The notes under the pieces are model-generated. The model ran no database searches. It was given only the letters and a program-made list of their open reading frames with translations, and was not told the DNA's origin. From Escherichia coli (GTDB lineage Bacteria; Pseudomonadota; Gammaproteobacteria; Enterobacterales; Enterobacteriaceae): DNA of 64,000 nt. Below, in pieces: positions 10,049 to 23,213 of this stretch (positions within the stretch are counted from its first letter, which is position 1; every line of letters begins with the position of its first letter). The position numbers were made by a program, and so were the translations under genes. The stretch lies in the NCBI RefSeq assembly GCF_044647545.1, contig NZ_CP172818.1; one strand, written 5' to 3'.

Positions 10049-11437
10049 ATGTCTCCTTGTAAACTTCTGCCATTTTGTGTGGCCCTTGCGCTAACCGGTT
10101 GTTCACTGGCACCGGATTATCAGCGTCCGGCAATGCCCGTGCCGCAGCAGTTCTCACTCAGCCAGAACGGCCTGGTTAACGCAGCAGATAACTACCAGAA
10201 CGCGGGCTGGCGCACCTTTTTTGTTGATAATCAGGTGAAGACGCTGATTAGCGAGGCGTTGGTGAATAACCGGGATTTACGCATGGCGGCGCTGAAAGTG
10301 CAGGAGGCACGGGCGCAATATCGTCTGACCGATGCCGACCGCTACCCACAGCTCAATGGCGAGGGCAGCGGCAGCTGGAGCGGTAATCTTAAAGGGAATA
10401 CCGCCACGACACGGGAGTTTTCGACCGGCCTTAACGCCAGCTTTGACCTCGATTTTTTCGGGCGCTTAAAGAACATGAGCGAAGCCGAGCGTCAAAATTA
10501 TTTAGCTACTGAGGAAGCTCAGCGCGCGGTGCATATTCTGCTGGTTTCTAATGTCGCGCAAAGCTATTTCAATCAGCAACTGGCGTATGCGCAAGTGCAA
10601 ATAGCCGAAGAAACGCTGCGTAATTATCAGCAGTCATATGCATTTGTCGAAAAACAACTGTTGACCGGTAGCAGCAATGTTCTGGCGCTAGAACAGGCTC
10701 GCGGGGTGATAGAAAGTACCCGCAGCGACATCGCTAAACGTCAGGGGGAACTGGCGCAGGCGAATAATGCATTGCAACTGTTATTGGGAAGCTACGGCAA
10801 GCTGCCGCAAGCGCAGACAGTAAACAGCGACAGCCTGCAAAGCGTTAAATTACCGGCGGGCTTGTCGTCGCAAATCTTATTGCAGCGCCCTGATATTATG
10901 GAAGCTGAACACGCGTTAATGGCGGCTAATGCCAATATTGGCGCTGCACGCGCGGCATTTTTCCCGTCTATCAGCCTGACCAGCGGAATATCGACCGCCA
11001 GTAGCGATCTGTCGTCATTATTTAACGCCAGCAGCGGGATGTGGAATTTTATACCCAAAATTGAGATCCCCATTTTTAATGCCGGACGCAACCAGGCCAA
11101 TCTGGATATCGCCGAAATTCGCCAGCAGCAGTCGGTGGTGAATTATGAACAGAAAATCCAGAATGCCTTTAAAGAAGTGGCAGATGCGCTGGCATTACGT
11201 CAAAGCCTGAACGATCAAATCAGCGCCCAGCAGCGTTATCTGGCATCGCTGAAAATTACTTTGCAACGGGCGCGGGCATTATATCAGCACGGCGCAGTAA
11301 GTTATCTGGAAGTGCTGGATGCCGAGCGTTCTTTATTTGCAACCCGACAAACTTTACTTGACCTGAATTATGCCCGTCAGGTTAACGAAATTTCTTTATA
11401 TACCGCCTTAGGGGGCGGTTGGCAGCAAAATTTTTAA
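10049..11437 (+). CDS. cusC: Outer-membrane factor lipoprotein of the Cus efflux system
   Basis: ORF beginning MSPCKLLPFCVALALTGC (lipoprotein signal with lipobox Cys); TolC-like OMF family; 462 aa in this frame, a few residues longer than I remember for K-12. Confidence 0.92.
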   Translation: MSPCKLLPFCVALALTGCSLAPDYQRPAMPVPQQFSLSQNGLVNAADNYQNAGWRTFFVDNQVKTLISEALVNNRDLRMAALKVQEARAQYRLTDADRYPQLNGEGSGSWSGNLKGNTATTREFSTGLNASFDLDFFGRLKNMSEAERQNYLATEEAQRAVHILLVSNVAQSYFNQQLAYAQVQIAEETLRNYQQSYAFVEKQLLTGSSNVLALEQARGVIESTRSDIAKRQGELAQANNALQLLLGSYGKLPQAQTVNSDSLQSVKLPAGLSSQILLQRPDIMEAEHALMAANANIGAARAAFFPSISLTSGISTASSDLSSLFNASSGMWNFIPKIEIPIFNAGRNQANLDIAEIRQQQSVVNYEQKIQNAFKEVADALALRQSLNDQISAQQRYLASLKITLQRARALYQHGAVSYLEVLDAERSLFATRQTLLDLNYARQVNEISLYTALGGGWQQNF

Positions 11438-11453
11438 CTCCAGGAGAGAATAA

Positions 11454-11786
11454 ATGAAAAAAGCACTGCAAGTCGCGATGTTCAGTCTGTTTACCGTTAT
11501 TGGCTTTAATGCCCAGGCTAACGAACATCATCATGAAACCATGAGCGAAGCACAACCACAGGTTATTAGCGCCACTGGCGTGGTAAAAGGTGTTGATCTG
11601 GAAAGCAAAAAAATCACCATCCATCACGATCCGATTGCTGCCGTGAACTGGCCGGAGATGACCATGCGCTTTACCATCACCCCGCAGACGAAAATGAGCG
11701 AAATTAAAACCGGCGACAAAGTGGCGTTTAATTTTGTCCAGCAGGGCAACCTTTCTTTATTACAGGATATTAAAGTCAGCCAGTAA
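11454..11786 (+). CDS. cusF: Periplasmic copper/silver chaperone
   Basis: 110-aa ORF with signal peptide and the His/Met/Trp-containing region (…HDPIAAVNWPEMTMRF…) recognised as CusF. Confidence 0.9.
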   Translation: MKKALQVAMFSLFTVIGFNAQANEHHHETMSEAQPQVISATGVVKGVDLESKKITIHHDPIAAVNWPEMTMRFTITPQTKMSEIKTGDKVAFNFVQQGNLSLLQDIKVSQ

Positions 11787-11801
11787 CCCAGGTTTAATGA
11801 G

Positions 11802-13025
11802 ATGAAAAAAATCGCGCTTATTATCGGCAGCATGATTGCGGGCGGTATTATTTCTGCGGCAGGTTTTACCTGGTTTGCAAAGGCTGAACCGCCCGCAGAA
11901 AAAACGCCGACCGCAGAACGTAAAATCTTATTCTGGTACGACCCGATGTATCCCAATACGCGGTTCGATAAACCAGGTAAATCGCCGTTTATGGATATGG
12001 ATCTGGTGCCGAAATATGCCGATGAAGAGAGTTCTGCGTCTGGTGTACGCATTGACCCGACCCAGACGCAGAATCTGGGGGTGAAAACGGCGACCGTCAC
12101 GCGCGGGCCGCTGACTTTTGCCCAGAGTTTCCCGGCGAATGTCAGTTACAACGAGTATCAGTATGCCATTGTGCAGGCTCGCGCTGCCGGGTTTATCGAT
12201 AAGGTGTATCCGCTTACCGTGGGCGATAAAGTACAAAAGGGCACACCGCTTCTCGACCTGACCATTCCCGACTGGGTGGAAGCGCAGAGTGAGTATTTAC
12301 TGCTGCGCGAAACCGGCGGTACGGCGACCCAGACTGAAGGCATTCTTGAGCGGCTGAGACTGGCGGGAATGCCGGAGGCGGATATTCGCCGCCTGATCGC
12401 CACGCAAAAAATCCAGACTCGCTTTACGCTCAAAGCGCCCATTGATGGCGTGATCACCGCGTTTGATCTGCGCGCGGGAATGAATATCGCCAAAGATAAC
12501 GTGGTCGCGAAAATTCAGGGTATGGACCCGGTGTGGGTCACTGCTGCGATCCCGGAGTCCATCGCCTGGCTGGTGAAAGATGCCTCGCAGTTTACGCTCA
12601 CCGTTCCGGCGCGACCTGATAAAACACTCACCATTCGCAAATGGACGCTGCTACCCGGCGTGGATGCCGCGACCCGCACGCTGCAACTGCGTCTGGAAGT
12701 CGACAACGCCGACGAGGCGCTAAAACCGGGCATGAACGCCTGGTTGCAACTCAATACCGCCAGCGAACCGATGCTGCTCATTCCGTCACAGGCGCTGATT
12801 GATACCGGCAACGAACAGCGGGTGATTACCGTTGATGCTGACGGGCGCTTTGTACCGAAACGCGTTGCCGTTTTCCAGGCATCGCAAGGCGTCACCGCGT
12901 TACGCTCTGGTCTGGCGGAAGGTGAAAAGGTGGTTTCCAGCGGCCTGTTCCTGATTGATTCTGAAGCCAATATTTCTGGCGCACTGGAGCGGATGCGCTC
13001 TGAAAGTGCTACCCATGCGTATTGA
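11802..13025 (+). CDS. cusB: Membrane fusion (periplasmic adaptor) protein of the Cus efflux system
   Basis: 407-aa ORF, N-terminal membrane anchor, RND adaptor family; sits between cusF and cusA. Confidence 0.92.
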   Translation: MKKIALIIGSMIAGGIISAAGFTWFAKAEPPAEKTPTAERKILFWYDPMYPNTRFDKPGKSPFMDMDLVPKYADEESSASGVRIDPTQTQNLGVKTATVTRGPLTFAQSFPANVSYNEYQYAIVQARAAGFIDKVYPLTVGDKVQKGTPLLDLTIPDWVEAQSEYLLLRETGGTATQTEGILERLRLAGMPEADIRRLIATQKIQTRFTLKAPIDGVITAFDLRAGMNIAKDNVVAKIQGMDPVWVTAAIPESIAWLVKDASQFTLTVPARPDKTLTIRKWTLLPGVDAATRTLQLRLEVDNADEALKPGMNAWLQLNTASEPMLLIPSQALIDTGNEQRVITVDADGRFVPKRVAVFQASQGVTALRSGLAEGEKVVSSGLFLIDSEANISGALERMRSESATHAY

Positions 13026-13036
13026 GGGAATAACCA

Positions 13037-16000
13037 ATGATTGAATGGATTATTCGTCGCTCGGTGGCGAACCGTTTTCTGGTGCTGATGGGCGCGTTGT
13101 TTCTGAGCATCTGGGGCACCTGGACCATCATTAACACGCCAGTGGATGCGCTGCCGGATCTCTCTGATGTACAGGTGATTATTAAAACCAGCTATCCCGG
13201 TCAGGCACCGCAAATCGTTGAAAATCAGGTGACTTATCCGCTAACCACCACCATGTTGTCGGTACCTGGCGCGAAGACAGTGCGCGGTTTCTCGCAGTTT
13301 GGCGACTCTTATGTGTATGTCATTTTTGAAGATGGCACCGATCCGTACTGGGCGCGCTCGCGGGTGCTGGAGTACCTCAATCAGGTACAGGGGAAGCTGC
13401 CTGCGGGAGTCAGCGCCGAGCTGGGGCCAGACGCCACGGGCGTTGGCTGGATCTATGAATATGCACTGGTAGATCGCAGCGGTAAGCACGATCTGGCCGA
13501 TTTACGCTCATTGCAGGACTGGTTTCTCAAATATGAGCTAAAAACCATCCCTGACGTTGCGGAAGTGGCGTCGGTGGGCGGTGTGGTGAAAGAGTATCAG
13601 GTGGTTATCGATCCTCAGCGCCTGGCGCAGTATGGCATCAGTCTCGCCGAAGTAAAAAGCGCGCTGGATGCTTCAAACCAGGAAGCGGGCGGTTCGTCGA
13701 TCGAACTGGCGGAAGCGGAATATATGGTGCGCGCCAGCGGATATCTGCAAACGCTCGACGACTTTAATCACATCGTTTTAAAAGCCAGTGAAAATGGCGT
13801 GCCCGTTTATCTGCGTGATGTTGCGAAGGTCCAGGTTGGCCCGGAGATGCGCCGGGGCATTACCGAACTGAACGGCGAAGGCGAAGTGGCGGGCGGGGTG
13901 GTGATCCTGCGTTCCGGCAAAAACGCCCGTGAAGTGATCGCTGCCGTGAAGGACAAACTGGAAACGCTGAAAAGCAGTCTGCCGGAAGGCGTGGAGATAG
14001 TTACAACATACGATCGCAGCCAGCTCATTGACCGCGCCATTGACAACCTCAGTGGCAAGTTGCTGGAAGAGTTTATTGTGGTGGCGGTAGTCTGTGCGCT
14101 GTTTCTCTGGCATGTGCGCTCGGCGCTGGTGGCGATTATTTCGTTGCCGCTGGGGTTGTGTATTGCTTTTATTGTCATGCACTTTCAGGGACTGAACGCC
14201 AATATTATGTCGCTGGGCGGTATTGCGATTGCCGTCGGGGCGATGGTCGATGCCGCTATCGTCATGATCGAGAATGCGCATAAACGGCTGGAAGAGTGGC
14301 AGCACCAGCATCCTGACGCCACGCTGGATAATAAAACGCGCTGGCAGGTGATTACCGATGCATCTGTTGAAGTGGGGCCGGCGCTGTTTATCAGTCTGCT
14401 GATTATCACGCTGTCGTTTATCCCGATCTTCACCCTGGAAGGGCAGGAAGGTCGTCTGTTTGGCCCGCTGGCGTTCACCAAAACCTATGCGATGGCGGGC
14501 GCGGCGCTACTGGCGATCGTAGTGATCCCGATCCTGATGGGCTACTGGATCCGTGGCAAAATTCCGCCGGAAAGCAGTAACCCGCTCAATCGCTTTTTGA
14601 TTCGTGTTTATCATCCGCTGTTGCTGAAAGTACTGCACTGGCCGAAAACCACGCTGTTGGTGGCAGCGCTTTCGGTGCTGACGGTACTCTGGCCGCTCAA
14701 TAAAGTTGGCGGGGAATTTTTACCGCAGATCAATGAAGGCGACTTGTTGTATATGCCATCGACGCTGCCGGGGATTTCCGCAGCAGAGGCGGCGAGCATG
14801 CTGCAAAAAACCGACAAGCTGATTATGAGCGTACCGGAAGTGGCGCGGGTATTTGGCAAAACCGGGAAAGCGGAAACCGCCACCGATTCAGCTCCACTGG
14901 AGATGGTAGAAACGACTATCCAGCTTAAGCCACAAGATCAGTGGCGGCCAGGCATGACGATGGACAAAATCATTGAGGAACTGGATAACACCGTGCGTCT
15001 GCCGGGGCTGGCGAATCTGTGGGTGCCGCCAATTCGTAACCGTATCGATATGCTCTCGACTGGCATTAAAAGCCCTATCGGCATTAAAGTTTCCGGCACT
15101 GTGCTGGCGGATATCGACACGATGGCGGAGCAAATTGAAGAAGTGGCGCGAACGGTGCCAGGCGTAGCTTCTGCTCTTGCCGAGCGGCTGGAAGGTGGGC
15201 GCTATATCAACGTTGAGATTAACCGTGAAAAAGCCGCGCGTTACGGTATGACGGTGGCGGATGTGCAATTGTTTGTGAAATCTGCGGTGGGCGGGGCGAT
15301 GGTTGGCGAAACGGTGGAAGGGATTGCCCGTTATCCAATTAATCTGCGTTATCCGCAAAGCTGGCGCGATAGCCCGCAGGCACTGCGCCAGTTGCCGATC
15401 CTCACGCCGATGAAGCAGCAAATCACCCTGGCAGACGTGGCCGACGTTAAAGTCTCTACCGGACCGTCGATGCTGAAAACCGAGAATGCGCGCCCGACGA
15501 GCTGGATTTATATCGATGCCCGCGATCGTGACATGGTGTCGGTGGTTCACGATCTGCAAAAAGCGATAGCTGAAAAAGTGCAGTTAAAACCGGGCACCAG
15601 CGTGGCATTCTCCGGGCAGTTCGAGCTACTGGAGCGCGCCAACCATAAGCTGAAACTGATGGTGCCGATGACGCTGATGATCATCTTCGTGCTGTTGTAC
15701 CTGGCGTTCCGTCGGGTGGGCGAAGCGTTGCTGATTATCAGCAGCGTACCGTTTGCGCTGGTGGGCGGCATCTGGTTGCTGTGGTGGATGGGCTTTCATC
15801 TTTCCGTGGCGACGGGCACCGGTTTTATTGCCCTTGCCGGGGTCGCCGCCGAATTTGGCGTGGTGATGCTGATGTATTTACGTCACGCCATAGAGGCCGA
15901 GCCGTCGTTGAATAATCCGCAAACATTCAGCGAGCAGAAGCTGGATGAGGCGTTGTATCACGGCGCGGTCCTGCGCGTGCGCCCGAAAGCGATGACGGTG

Positions 16001-16180
16001 GCGGTGATTATCGCTGGTCTGCTGCCGATTCTGTGGGGAACGGGAGCAGGTTCAGAGGTGATGAGCCGGATTGCCGCGCCGATGATTGGCGGCATGATCA
16101 CCGCGCCTTTGCTATCGCTGTTTATTATCCCGGCGGCGTATAAGCTGATGTGGCTGCACCGACATCGGGTACGGAAATAA
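13037..16180 (+). CDS. cusA: RND-family heavy-metal efflux pump, inner-membrane component
   Basis: 1047-aa ORF with 12-TM RND topology and large periplasmic loops; recognised as CusA. Confidence 0.95.
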   Translation: MIEWIIRRSVANRFLVLMGALFLSIWGTWTIINTPVDALPDLSDVQVIIKTSYPGQAPQIVENQVTYPLTTTMLSVPGAKTVRGFSQFGDSYVYVIFEDGTDPYWARSRVLEYLNQVQGKLPAGVSAELGPDATGVGWIYEYALVDRSGKHDLADLRSLQDWFLKYELKTIPDVAEVASVGGVVKEYQVVIDPQRLAQYGISLAEVKSALDASNQEAGGSSIELAEAEYMVRASGYLQTLDDFNHIVLKASENGVPVYLRDVAKVQVGPEMRRGITELNGEGEVAGGVVILRSGKNAREVIAAVKDKLETLKSSLPEGVEIVTTYDRSQLIDRAIDNLSGKLLEEFIVVAVVCALFLWHVRSALVAIISLPLGLCIAFIVMHFQGLNANIMSLGGIAIAVGAMVDAAIVMIENAHKRLEEWQHQHPDATLDNKTRWQVITDASVEVGPALFISLLIITLSFIPIFTLEGQEGRLFGPLAFTKTYAMAGAALLAIVVIPILMGYWIRGKIPPESSNPLNRFLIRVYHPLLLKVLHWPKTTLLVAALSVLTVLWPLNKVGGEFLPQINEGDLLYMPSTLPGISAAEAASMLQKTDKLIMSVPEVARVFGKTGKAETATDSAPLEMVETTIQLKPQDQWRPGMTMDKIIEELDNTVRLPGLANLWVPPIRNRIDMLSTGIKSPIGIKVSGTVLADIDTMAEQIEEVARTVPGVASALAERLEGGRYINVEINREKAARYGMTVADVQLFVKSAVGGAMVGETVEGIARYPINLRYPQSWRDSPQALRQLPILTPMKQQITLADVADVKVSTGPSMLKTENARPTSWIYIDARDRDMVSVVHDLQKAIAEKVQLKPGTSVAFSGQFELLERANHKLKLMVPMTLMIIFVLLYLAFRRVGEALLIISSVPFALVGGIWLLWWMGFHLSVATGTGFIALAGVAAEFGVVMLMYLRHAIEAEPSLNNPQTFSEQKLDEALYHGAVLRVRPKAMTVAVIIAGLLPILWGTGAGSEVMSRIAAPMIGGMITAPLLSLFIIPAAYKLMWLHRHRVRK

Positions 16181-16281
16181 AAGCAGGATACCCCGTTTAA
16201 CCGTGTGGATTGTGTCTTGCGACGATGGGCACTAAATGTTAAAAGGTGCCCCTCAACAAAAAAGACACACAGGGGAAAGGC

Positions 16282-17658
16282 GTGAAAAACGCGTCAACCG
16301 TATCGGAAGATACTGCGTCGAATCAAGAGCCGACGCTTCATCGCGGATTACATAACCGTCATATTCAACTGATTGCGCTGGGTGGCGCAATTGGTACTGG
16401 TCTGTTTCTTGGCATTGGCCCGGCGATTCAGATGGCGGGTCCGGCTGTATTGCTGGGCTACGGCGTCGCCGGGATCATCGCTTTCCTGATTATGCGCCAG
16501 CTTGGCGAAATGGTGGTTGAGGAGCCGGTATCCGGTTCATTTGCCCACTTTGCCTATAAATACTGGGGACCGTTTGCGGGCTTCCTCTCTGGCTGGAACT
16601 ACTGGGTAATGTTCGTGCTGGTGGGAATGGCAGAGCTGACCGCTGCGGGCATCTATATGCAGTACTGGTTCCCGGATGTTCCAACGTGGATTTGGGCTGC
16701 CGCCTTCTTTATTATCATCAACGCCGTTAACCTGGTGAACGTGCGCTTATATGGCGAAACCGAGTTCTGGTTTGCGCTGATTAAAGTGCTGGCGATCATC
16801 GGTATGATCGGCTTTGGCCTGTGGCTGCTGTTTTCTGGGCACGGCGGCGAGAAAGCCAGTATCGATAACCTCTGGCGCTACGGTGGTTTTTTTGCCACCG
16901 GCTGGAATGGGCTGATTTTGTCGCTGGCGGTGATTATGTTCTCCTTCGGCGGGCTGGAGCTGATTGGGATTACTGCCGCTGAAGCGCGCGCTCCGGAAAA
17001 AAGCATCCCGAAAGCAGTGAATCAGGTGGTGTATCGCATCCTGCTGTTTTATATCGGTTCACTGGTGGTTTTACTGGCACTCTATCCGTGGGTGGAAGTG
17101 AAATCCAACAGTAGCCCGTTTGTGATGATTTTCCATAATCTCGACAGCAACGTGGTAGCCTCTGCGCTGAACTTCGTCATTCTGGTAGCATCATTATCGG
17201 TGTATAACAGCGGGGTTTACTCTAACAGCCGCATGCTGTTTGGCCTTTCTGTGCAGGGTAATGCGCCGAAGTTTTTGACTCGCGTCAGCCGTCGCGGTGT
17301 GCCGATTAACTCGCTGATGCTTTCCGGAGCGATCACTTCGCTGGTGGTGTTAATCAACTATCTGCTGCCGCAAAAAGCGTTTGGTCTGCTGATGGCGCTG
17401 GTGGTAGCAACGCTGCTGTTGAACTGGATTATGATCTGCCTGGCGCATCTTCGTTTTCGTGCTGCGATGCGACGTCAGGGACGTGAAACACAGTTTAAGG
17501 CGCTGCTTTATCCGTTCGGCAACTATCTCTGCATTGCCTTCCTCGGCATGATTTTGCTGCTGATGTGCACGATGGATGATATGCGCTTGTCAGCGATTCT
17601 GCTGCCGGTGTGGATTGTATTCCTGTTTGTAGCATTTAAAACGCTGCGTCGGAAATAA
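16282..17658 (+). CDS. pheP: Phenylalanine-specific permease (APC family)
   Basis: Start taken at GTG (VKNASTVSEDTASNQEPTLHRGLHNRH…) preceded by a Shine-Dalgarno-like AGGGGAAAGG; 458 aa; amino-acid permease signature. Confidence 0.9.
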   Translation: MKNASTVSEDTASNQEPTLHRGLHNRHIQLIALGGAIGTGLFLGIGPAIQMAGPAVLLGYGVAGIIAFLIMRQLGEMVVEEPVSGSFAHFAYKYWGPFAGFLSGWNYWVMFVLVGMAELTAAGIYMQYWFPDVPTWIWAAAFFIIINAVNLVNVRLYGETEFWFALIKVLAIIGMIGFGLWLLFSGHGGEKASIDNLWRYGGFFATGWNGLILSLAVIMFSFGGLELIGITAAEARAPEKSIPKAVNQVVYRILLFYIGSLVVLLALYPWVEVKSNSSPFVMIFHNLDSNVVASALNFVILVASLSVYNSGVYSNSRMLFGLSVQGNAPKFLTRVSRRGVPINSLMLSGAITSLVVLINYLLPQKAFGLLMALVVATLLLNWIMICLAHLRFRAAMRRQGRETQFKALLYPFGNYLCIAFLGMILLLMCTMDDMRLSAILLPVWIVFLFVAFKTLRRK

Positions 17659-17689
17659 GGCATTCACGCTACATCCGACAAAACGATGT

Positions 17690-17723
17690 CCGCTCTCATC
17701 CATTCGATGAGAGCGGTTTTTTT
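17690..17723. terminator. Hairpin terminator between convergent pheP and ybdG
   Basis: 11-bp perfect stem CCGCTCTCATC / GATGAGAGCGG with 5-nt loop followed by TTTTTTT, 30 bp after the pheP stop and just before the ybdG stop on the other strand. Confidence 0.6.
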
Positions 17724-17725
17724 AA

Positions 17726-19021
<1,296 letters not shown>

Positions 19022-19080
19022 TTATGCAAATCAGGAGAATCTGAGGGGAAATAGCCGGGCAGATGCCCGGCAAGAGAGAA

Positions 19081-19734
19081 TTACACTTCGGTTAAGGTGA
19101 TGTTTTGCGGCAGACGAGATTTCGGCAGCGTAGCGTTAAAATCTTCAACGCTGTGATGACCCACCGGAACAACTACCAGACTGGTGTAGCCTTTCTCTTT
19201 CAGACCAAATTCTGCATCGAGGATTGCGGCGTCAAAACCTTCGATGGGTACCGCGTCCAGACCCAGCGCCGCCACGCCGAGCAGGAAGTTGCCGACGTTG
19301 AGATAAACCTGTTTTGCCATCCACTCTGCATCATCATGCAGATCTTTACGGTGCATATCGGCGAAGAACTTGCGACCTTTATCGTTCGCGGCTTTCGCTT
19401 CCGGCGTGGCAAAGCGGCCATCGGCATCTTCCTGGTCAACAACCAGCTTCAGCCAGGCATCGTCCATCGCGGTTTTTGCACAGAACACCACGACGTGCGA
19501 GGCATCAAGCATTTTACGCTCGTTGAACACGTAATTACCGGCAGCGGATTTGGCAACACGCGCTTTACCTTCTTCCGTGCTGGCAACAATAAAATGCCAC
19601 GGCTGGGAGTTGGTGCTGGATGGGCTGTATTGCAGTAGCGTTTTTATCTGCTCGGCCTGTTCCGGGGTAAGTTTTTTGCTGGCATCAAATGCCTTAGTGG
19701 AATGACGCTTTAAGGCGACAGAAATGATATCCAT
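19081..19734 (-). CDS. nfsB: Oxygen-insensitive NAD(P)H nitroreductase
   Basis: 217-aa [26 protein letters not shown]… recognised as NfsB (nitroreductase fold). Confidence 0.92.
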   Translation of the reverse strand: MDIISVALKRHSTKAFDASKKLTPEQAEQIKTLLQYSPSSTNSQPWHFIVASTEEGKARVAKSAAGNYVFNERKMLDASHVVVFCAKTAMDDAWLKLVVDQEDADGRFATPEAKAANDKGRKFFADMHRKDLHDDAEWMAKQVYLNVGNFLLGVAALGLDAVPIEGFDAAILDAEFGLKEKGYTSLVVVPVGHHSVEDFNATLPKSRLPQNITLTEV

Positions 19735-19812
19735 AAAGACTCCATGTGAAAGTAATTTTGCGTGCCAGCAGATTACAAGGATCGAGATGAAATGGTAAGC
19801 GAGAAAAATGCG

Positions 19813-20196
19813 CTATTGATTTACGGTTGAGTCAGGACGCACTCTTTTTTGATCGCGTTTAGCCAGACCATCAACCACCAGATTCCACGAATCGTTGATC
19901 AGATCGCGAAGTAACGCTTCGGAGATTTCCTCGCCGGGATACACCGAAATCCAGTGCTTTTTATTCATGTGATACCCTGGCTTGATGCTTGGGTATATTT
20001 GCTGATTTAGCAGGGATTTTTGTGGATCGGACTTCAGATTGATAAAGGGGACGCCGCGCAGCTCCGACGACAGCATAAAAATCTTGCCGCCAATTTTAAA
20101 AACATCGAACTCCGGGCCAAAAGGCCAGCAAAGCTCGACAAAGGGTAACTCAAGAGCCAGGCGTTTCGCCGTTTCGTGCAGTGATTGCTTATCCAT
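19813..20196 (-). CDS. ybdF: Uncharacterised small cytoplasmic protein
   Basis: Start chosen at the internal Met ([19 protein letters not shown]…) giving about 122 aa; the longer 167-aa ORF would overlap ybdJ and is rejected. Confidence 0.75.
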
Positions 20197-20260
20197 AAAC
20201 GTTCCTTTAGGCGAAGGAGAATAAGCAAAGTATGCCGCGAAGTTCGGCGATAATCGACGT

Positions 20261-20509
20261 TTAATCCGCCAGCGAGAACCAGCGTCGCCAGATAAAGCGC
20301 AGAACAAAATACTCAATAGCGCCCAGCACTAAAAACCACAGACAAAACAATAAAGTGTAAAGCTGGCTAAGATCCATCAGATGGAACGTGGTCACCAGTT
20401 TTTGTGCCAGCGTCAGCCCCAATGCGGGGGCGGGAAGCAGCAGGCAAGAGAGGAAAGCCATCAGCAAAATGCCTGCTGCGGTGGTCAAGGTTTCTAAAGG
20501 GTGTTTCAT
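20261..20509 (-). CDS. ybdJ: Small inner-membrane protein of unknown function
   Basis: 82-aa ORF with two hydrophobic helices (…[21 protein letters not shown]… and …[18 protein letters not shown]…). Confidence 0.7.
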
Positions 20510-20574
20510 AACATTGTTAAATGTAAGTTAAAACACCATTGTCAGGGATATTCTTCTGTAAGGCAATTCCCGGC

Positions 20575-21702
<1,128 letters not shown>

Positions 21703-22029
21703 TTATGTTGGCGTTTTCTATTCAGTATAGAAGTGGGAGCGACTGGGCGAGATGCGGAAGTTCTGGAATATTTCTTTTTTTGGTGATGGTGAACTGATTG
21801 TGAGTGAAGCAATTTAGCTACTTTTTCAATGTGGCAAGTTATGGCACAGCTGGCTGGTGGCGAAGAATTTTGACGATTGAGGCATGCAGAAAAAACGGGC
21901 TCAGCTTCAGTTGATCAAATGGGGAGTGAGAAGTCCGAAACAGGATTCACTGTATAAATAAACAGCTATTTTGCTGAGGAAGCGTAAGATAACGGCGGGT
22001 GCCTGAAGCTTTCCGGTTTCAGGTTAACT

Positions 22030-22100
22030 CTGAGGTCTGGAAAGATGAAGCCCCAGGACGATATTTCTATCAACCCTGGGGCTGCCACTCCAAACCCGAA
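22030..22100 (-). ncRNA. sokE: Predicted Sok-type antisense RNA overlapping the mokE translation start (coordinates approximate)
   Basis: By analogy with hok/sok loci the antitoxin RNA is antisense to the mok start; on the minus strand a candidate promoter (TTGCCT, 17-nt spacer, TACCAT) sits near 22105-22135 and an inverted repeat (GCCCCAGG…CCTGGGGC) near 22049-22081. Ends not determined. Confidence 0.3.
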
Positions 22101-22233
22101 CAATTTGGATGGTAGTCCCTTCTTCGCATGGAGGCAATATAAACATGCTGACGAAATATGCCCTTGTGGCAGTCATAGTGCTGTGTTTAACGGTGCTGGG
22201 ATTTACGCTTCTGGTCGGCGACTCGCTGTGTGA
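22045..22233 (+). CDS. mokE: mok-type overlapping reading frame that couples translation to hokE
   Basis: 62-aa ATG-initiated ORF overlapping the first two-thirds of hokE in a different frame, the arrangement typical of hok/mok/sok loci. Confidence 0.4.
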   Translation: MKPQDDISINPGAATPNPNNLDGSPFFAWRQYKHADEICPCGSHSAVFNGAGIYASGRRLAV

Positions 22234-22297
22234 GTTTACGGTGAAGGAACGTAATATTGAGTTTAAGGCTGTTCTCGCTTACGAACCGAAGAAGTAG
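22145..22297 (+). CDS. hokE: Hok-family type I toxin (small membrane peptide)
   Basis: 50-aa peptide [50 protein letters not shown]: single TM helix plus the conserved Hok C-terminal region. Confidence 0.85.
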   Translation: MLTKYALVAVIVLCLTVLGFTLLVGDSLCEFTVKERNIEFKAVLAYEPKK

Positions 22298-22418
22298 CCG
22301 TTGTGCGGGGAGCAATCCCCGCATATCCGGTTGTCAGGTCAGGATGGTAAGGCACCTGCTTTACACTTTCGCCCGTGGTCAGTGATGGCTGCGGGCGAAT
22401 CGTACCAGATGTTGTCAA

Positions 22419-23039
22419 TTAATCGTGTTGGCACAGCGTTATGACTATTTTTTCTTTTATCTGCCAGTGCACAGCAAACTGCTCATCCTCTAGTCGAATG
22501 ATGATCTGCTGTTTATTCCAGCTAATTATCTGATAATCCAGAAAACCTTGAGCGGCCTGTATCTTGCTTGCCTTAAATGCGCTTTCTTTGGCGGAAAATG
22601 CCAGTGTCAGCGCCAGAGAAAAGGTTAAACCGCATTCTGCGAGTCGCTCGTGTTCTGCTGGTGTAATAATGTTGTCTGTCAATTCTCTTGCGGTTTGTAC
22701 AGAGAAAATCTCTTCGATATCAATGCCAATCGGTTGACGAGATACCACGGCTAATGCCGTAGTCCCACAGTGACTAATGCTGCCGTATACCCCCGCAGGC
22801 CACACAGGTTGGCGTAGCTCGCCGATTGCGGGCACACATTTATAGCCATATTCCCGCAGCGCATAAACTGCAGCGATCCGTCCGGCTAAATGCTCTGTTT
22901 TACGTTTACGTCCAGCGTGTTGCAGTTGCGCGTAGTGTGGCAGCCAGAGTAAATCCTGCTCACAAAAACTCGCCGGATCAAACTCAACAAAATGCAGCGT
23001 ATGTCCTACAAAGGGGAGGGCGGTATGCGTAGTTTTCAT
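22419..23039 (-). CDS. entD: Enterobactin synthase 4'-phosphopantetheinyl transferase
   Basis: Start chosen at MKTTHTALPF… (206 aa); the longer track ORF start is rejected; PPTase family. Confidence 0.88.
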   Translation of the reverse strand: MKTTHTALPFVGHTLHFVEFDPASFCEQDLLWLPHYAQLQHAGRKRKTEHLAGRIAAVYALREYGYKCVPAIGELRQPVWPAGVYGSISHCGTTALAVVSRQPIGIDIEEIFSVQTARELTDNIITPAEHERLAECGLTFSLALTLAFSAKESAFKASKIQAAQGFLDYQIISWNKQQIIIRLEDEQFAVHWQIKEKIVITLCQHD

Positions 23040-23213
23040 GTCGACCATATTAGAGACTGATGACAAACGCAAAACTGCCTGATGCGCTACGCTTATCAGG
23101 CCTACGTGGTCCTGCAATATATTGAATTGGCAAGATTTTTGTAGGCCGGATAAGGCGTTCACGCCGCATCCGGCATGAACGACGCGCACTTTGTCAACAA
23201 TCTGACGTTAGCA

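Noticed and set aside
16227-16251. Hairpin GGGCAC…GTGCCC downstream of cusA as a terminator
   Set aside because: It is followed by an A-run rather than a T-run on the plus strand, and on the minus strand the T-run precedes the stem, so it does not fit a canonical intrinsic terminator in either orientation.
22298-22418. Mobile element (IS186) between hokE and entD
   Set aside because: Expected from my memory of the K-12 map but not present: the interval is only about 120 bp with no transposase ORF or terminal inverted repeats. Reported as a finding about absence rather than as a feature.
22419-23189. Longer ORF-track starts for entD (256 aa) and likewise for fepA, nfrA, cusS, ybdG, fepC, fepD, fepE, dsbG, ahpF, uspG, rna, citE, citC and entF
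   Set aside because: The N-terminal extensions do not match the recognised mature or signal-peptide N-termini and several would overlap upstream genes or promoters; internal starts were chosen instead.
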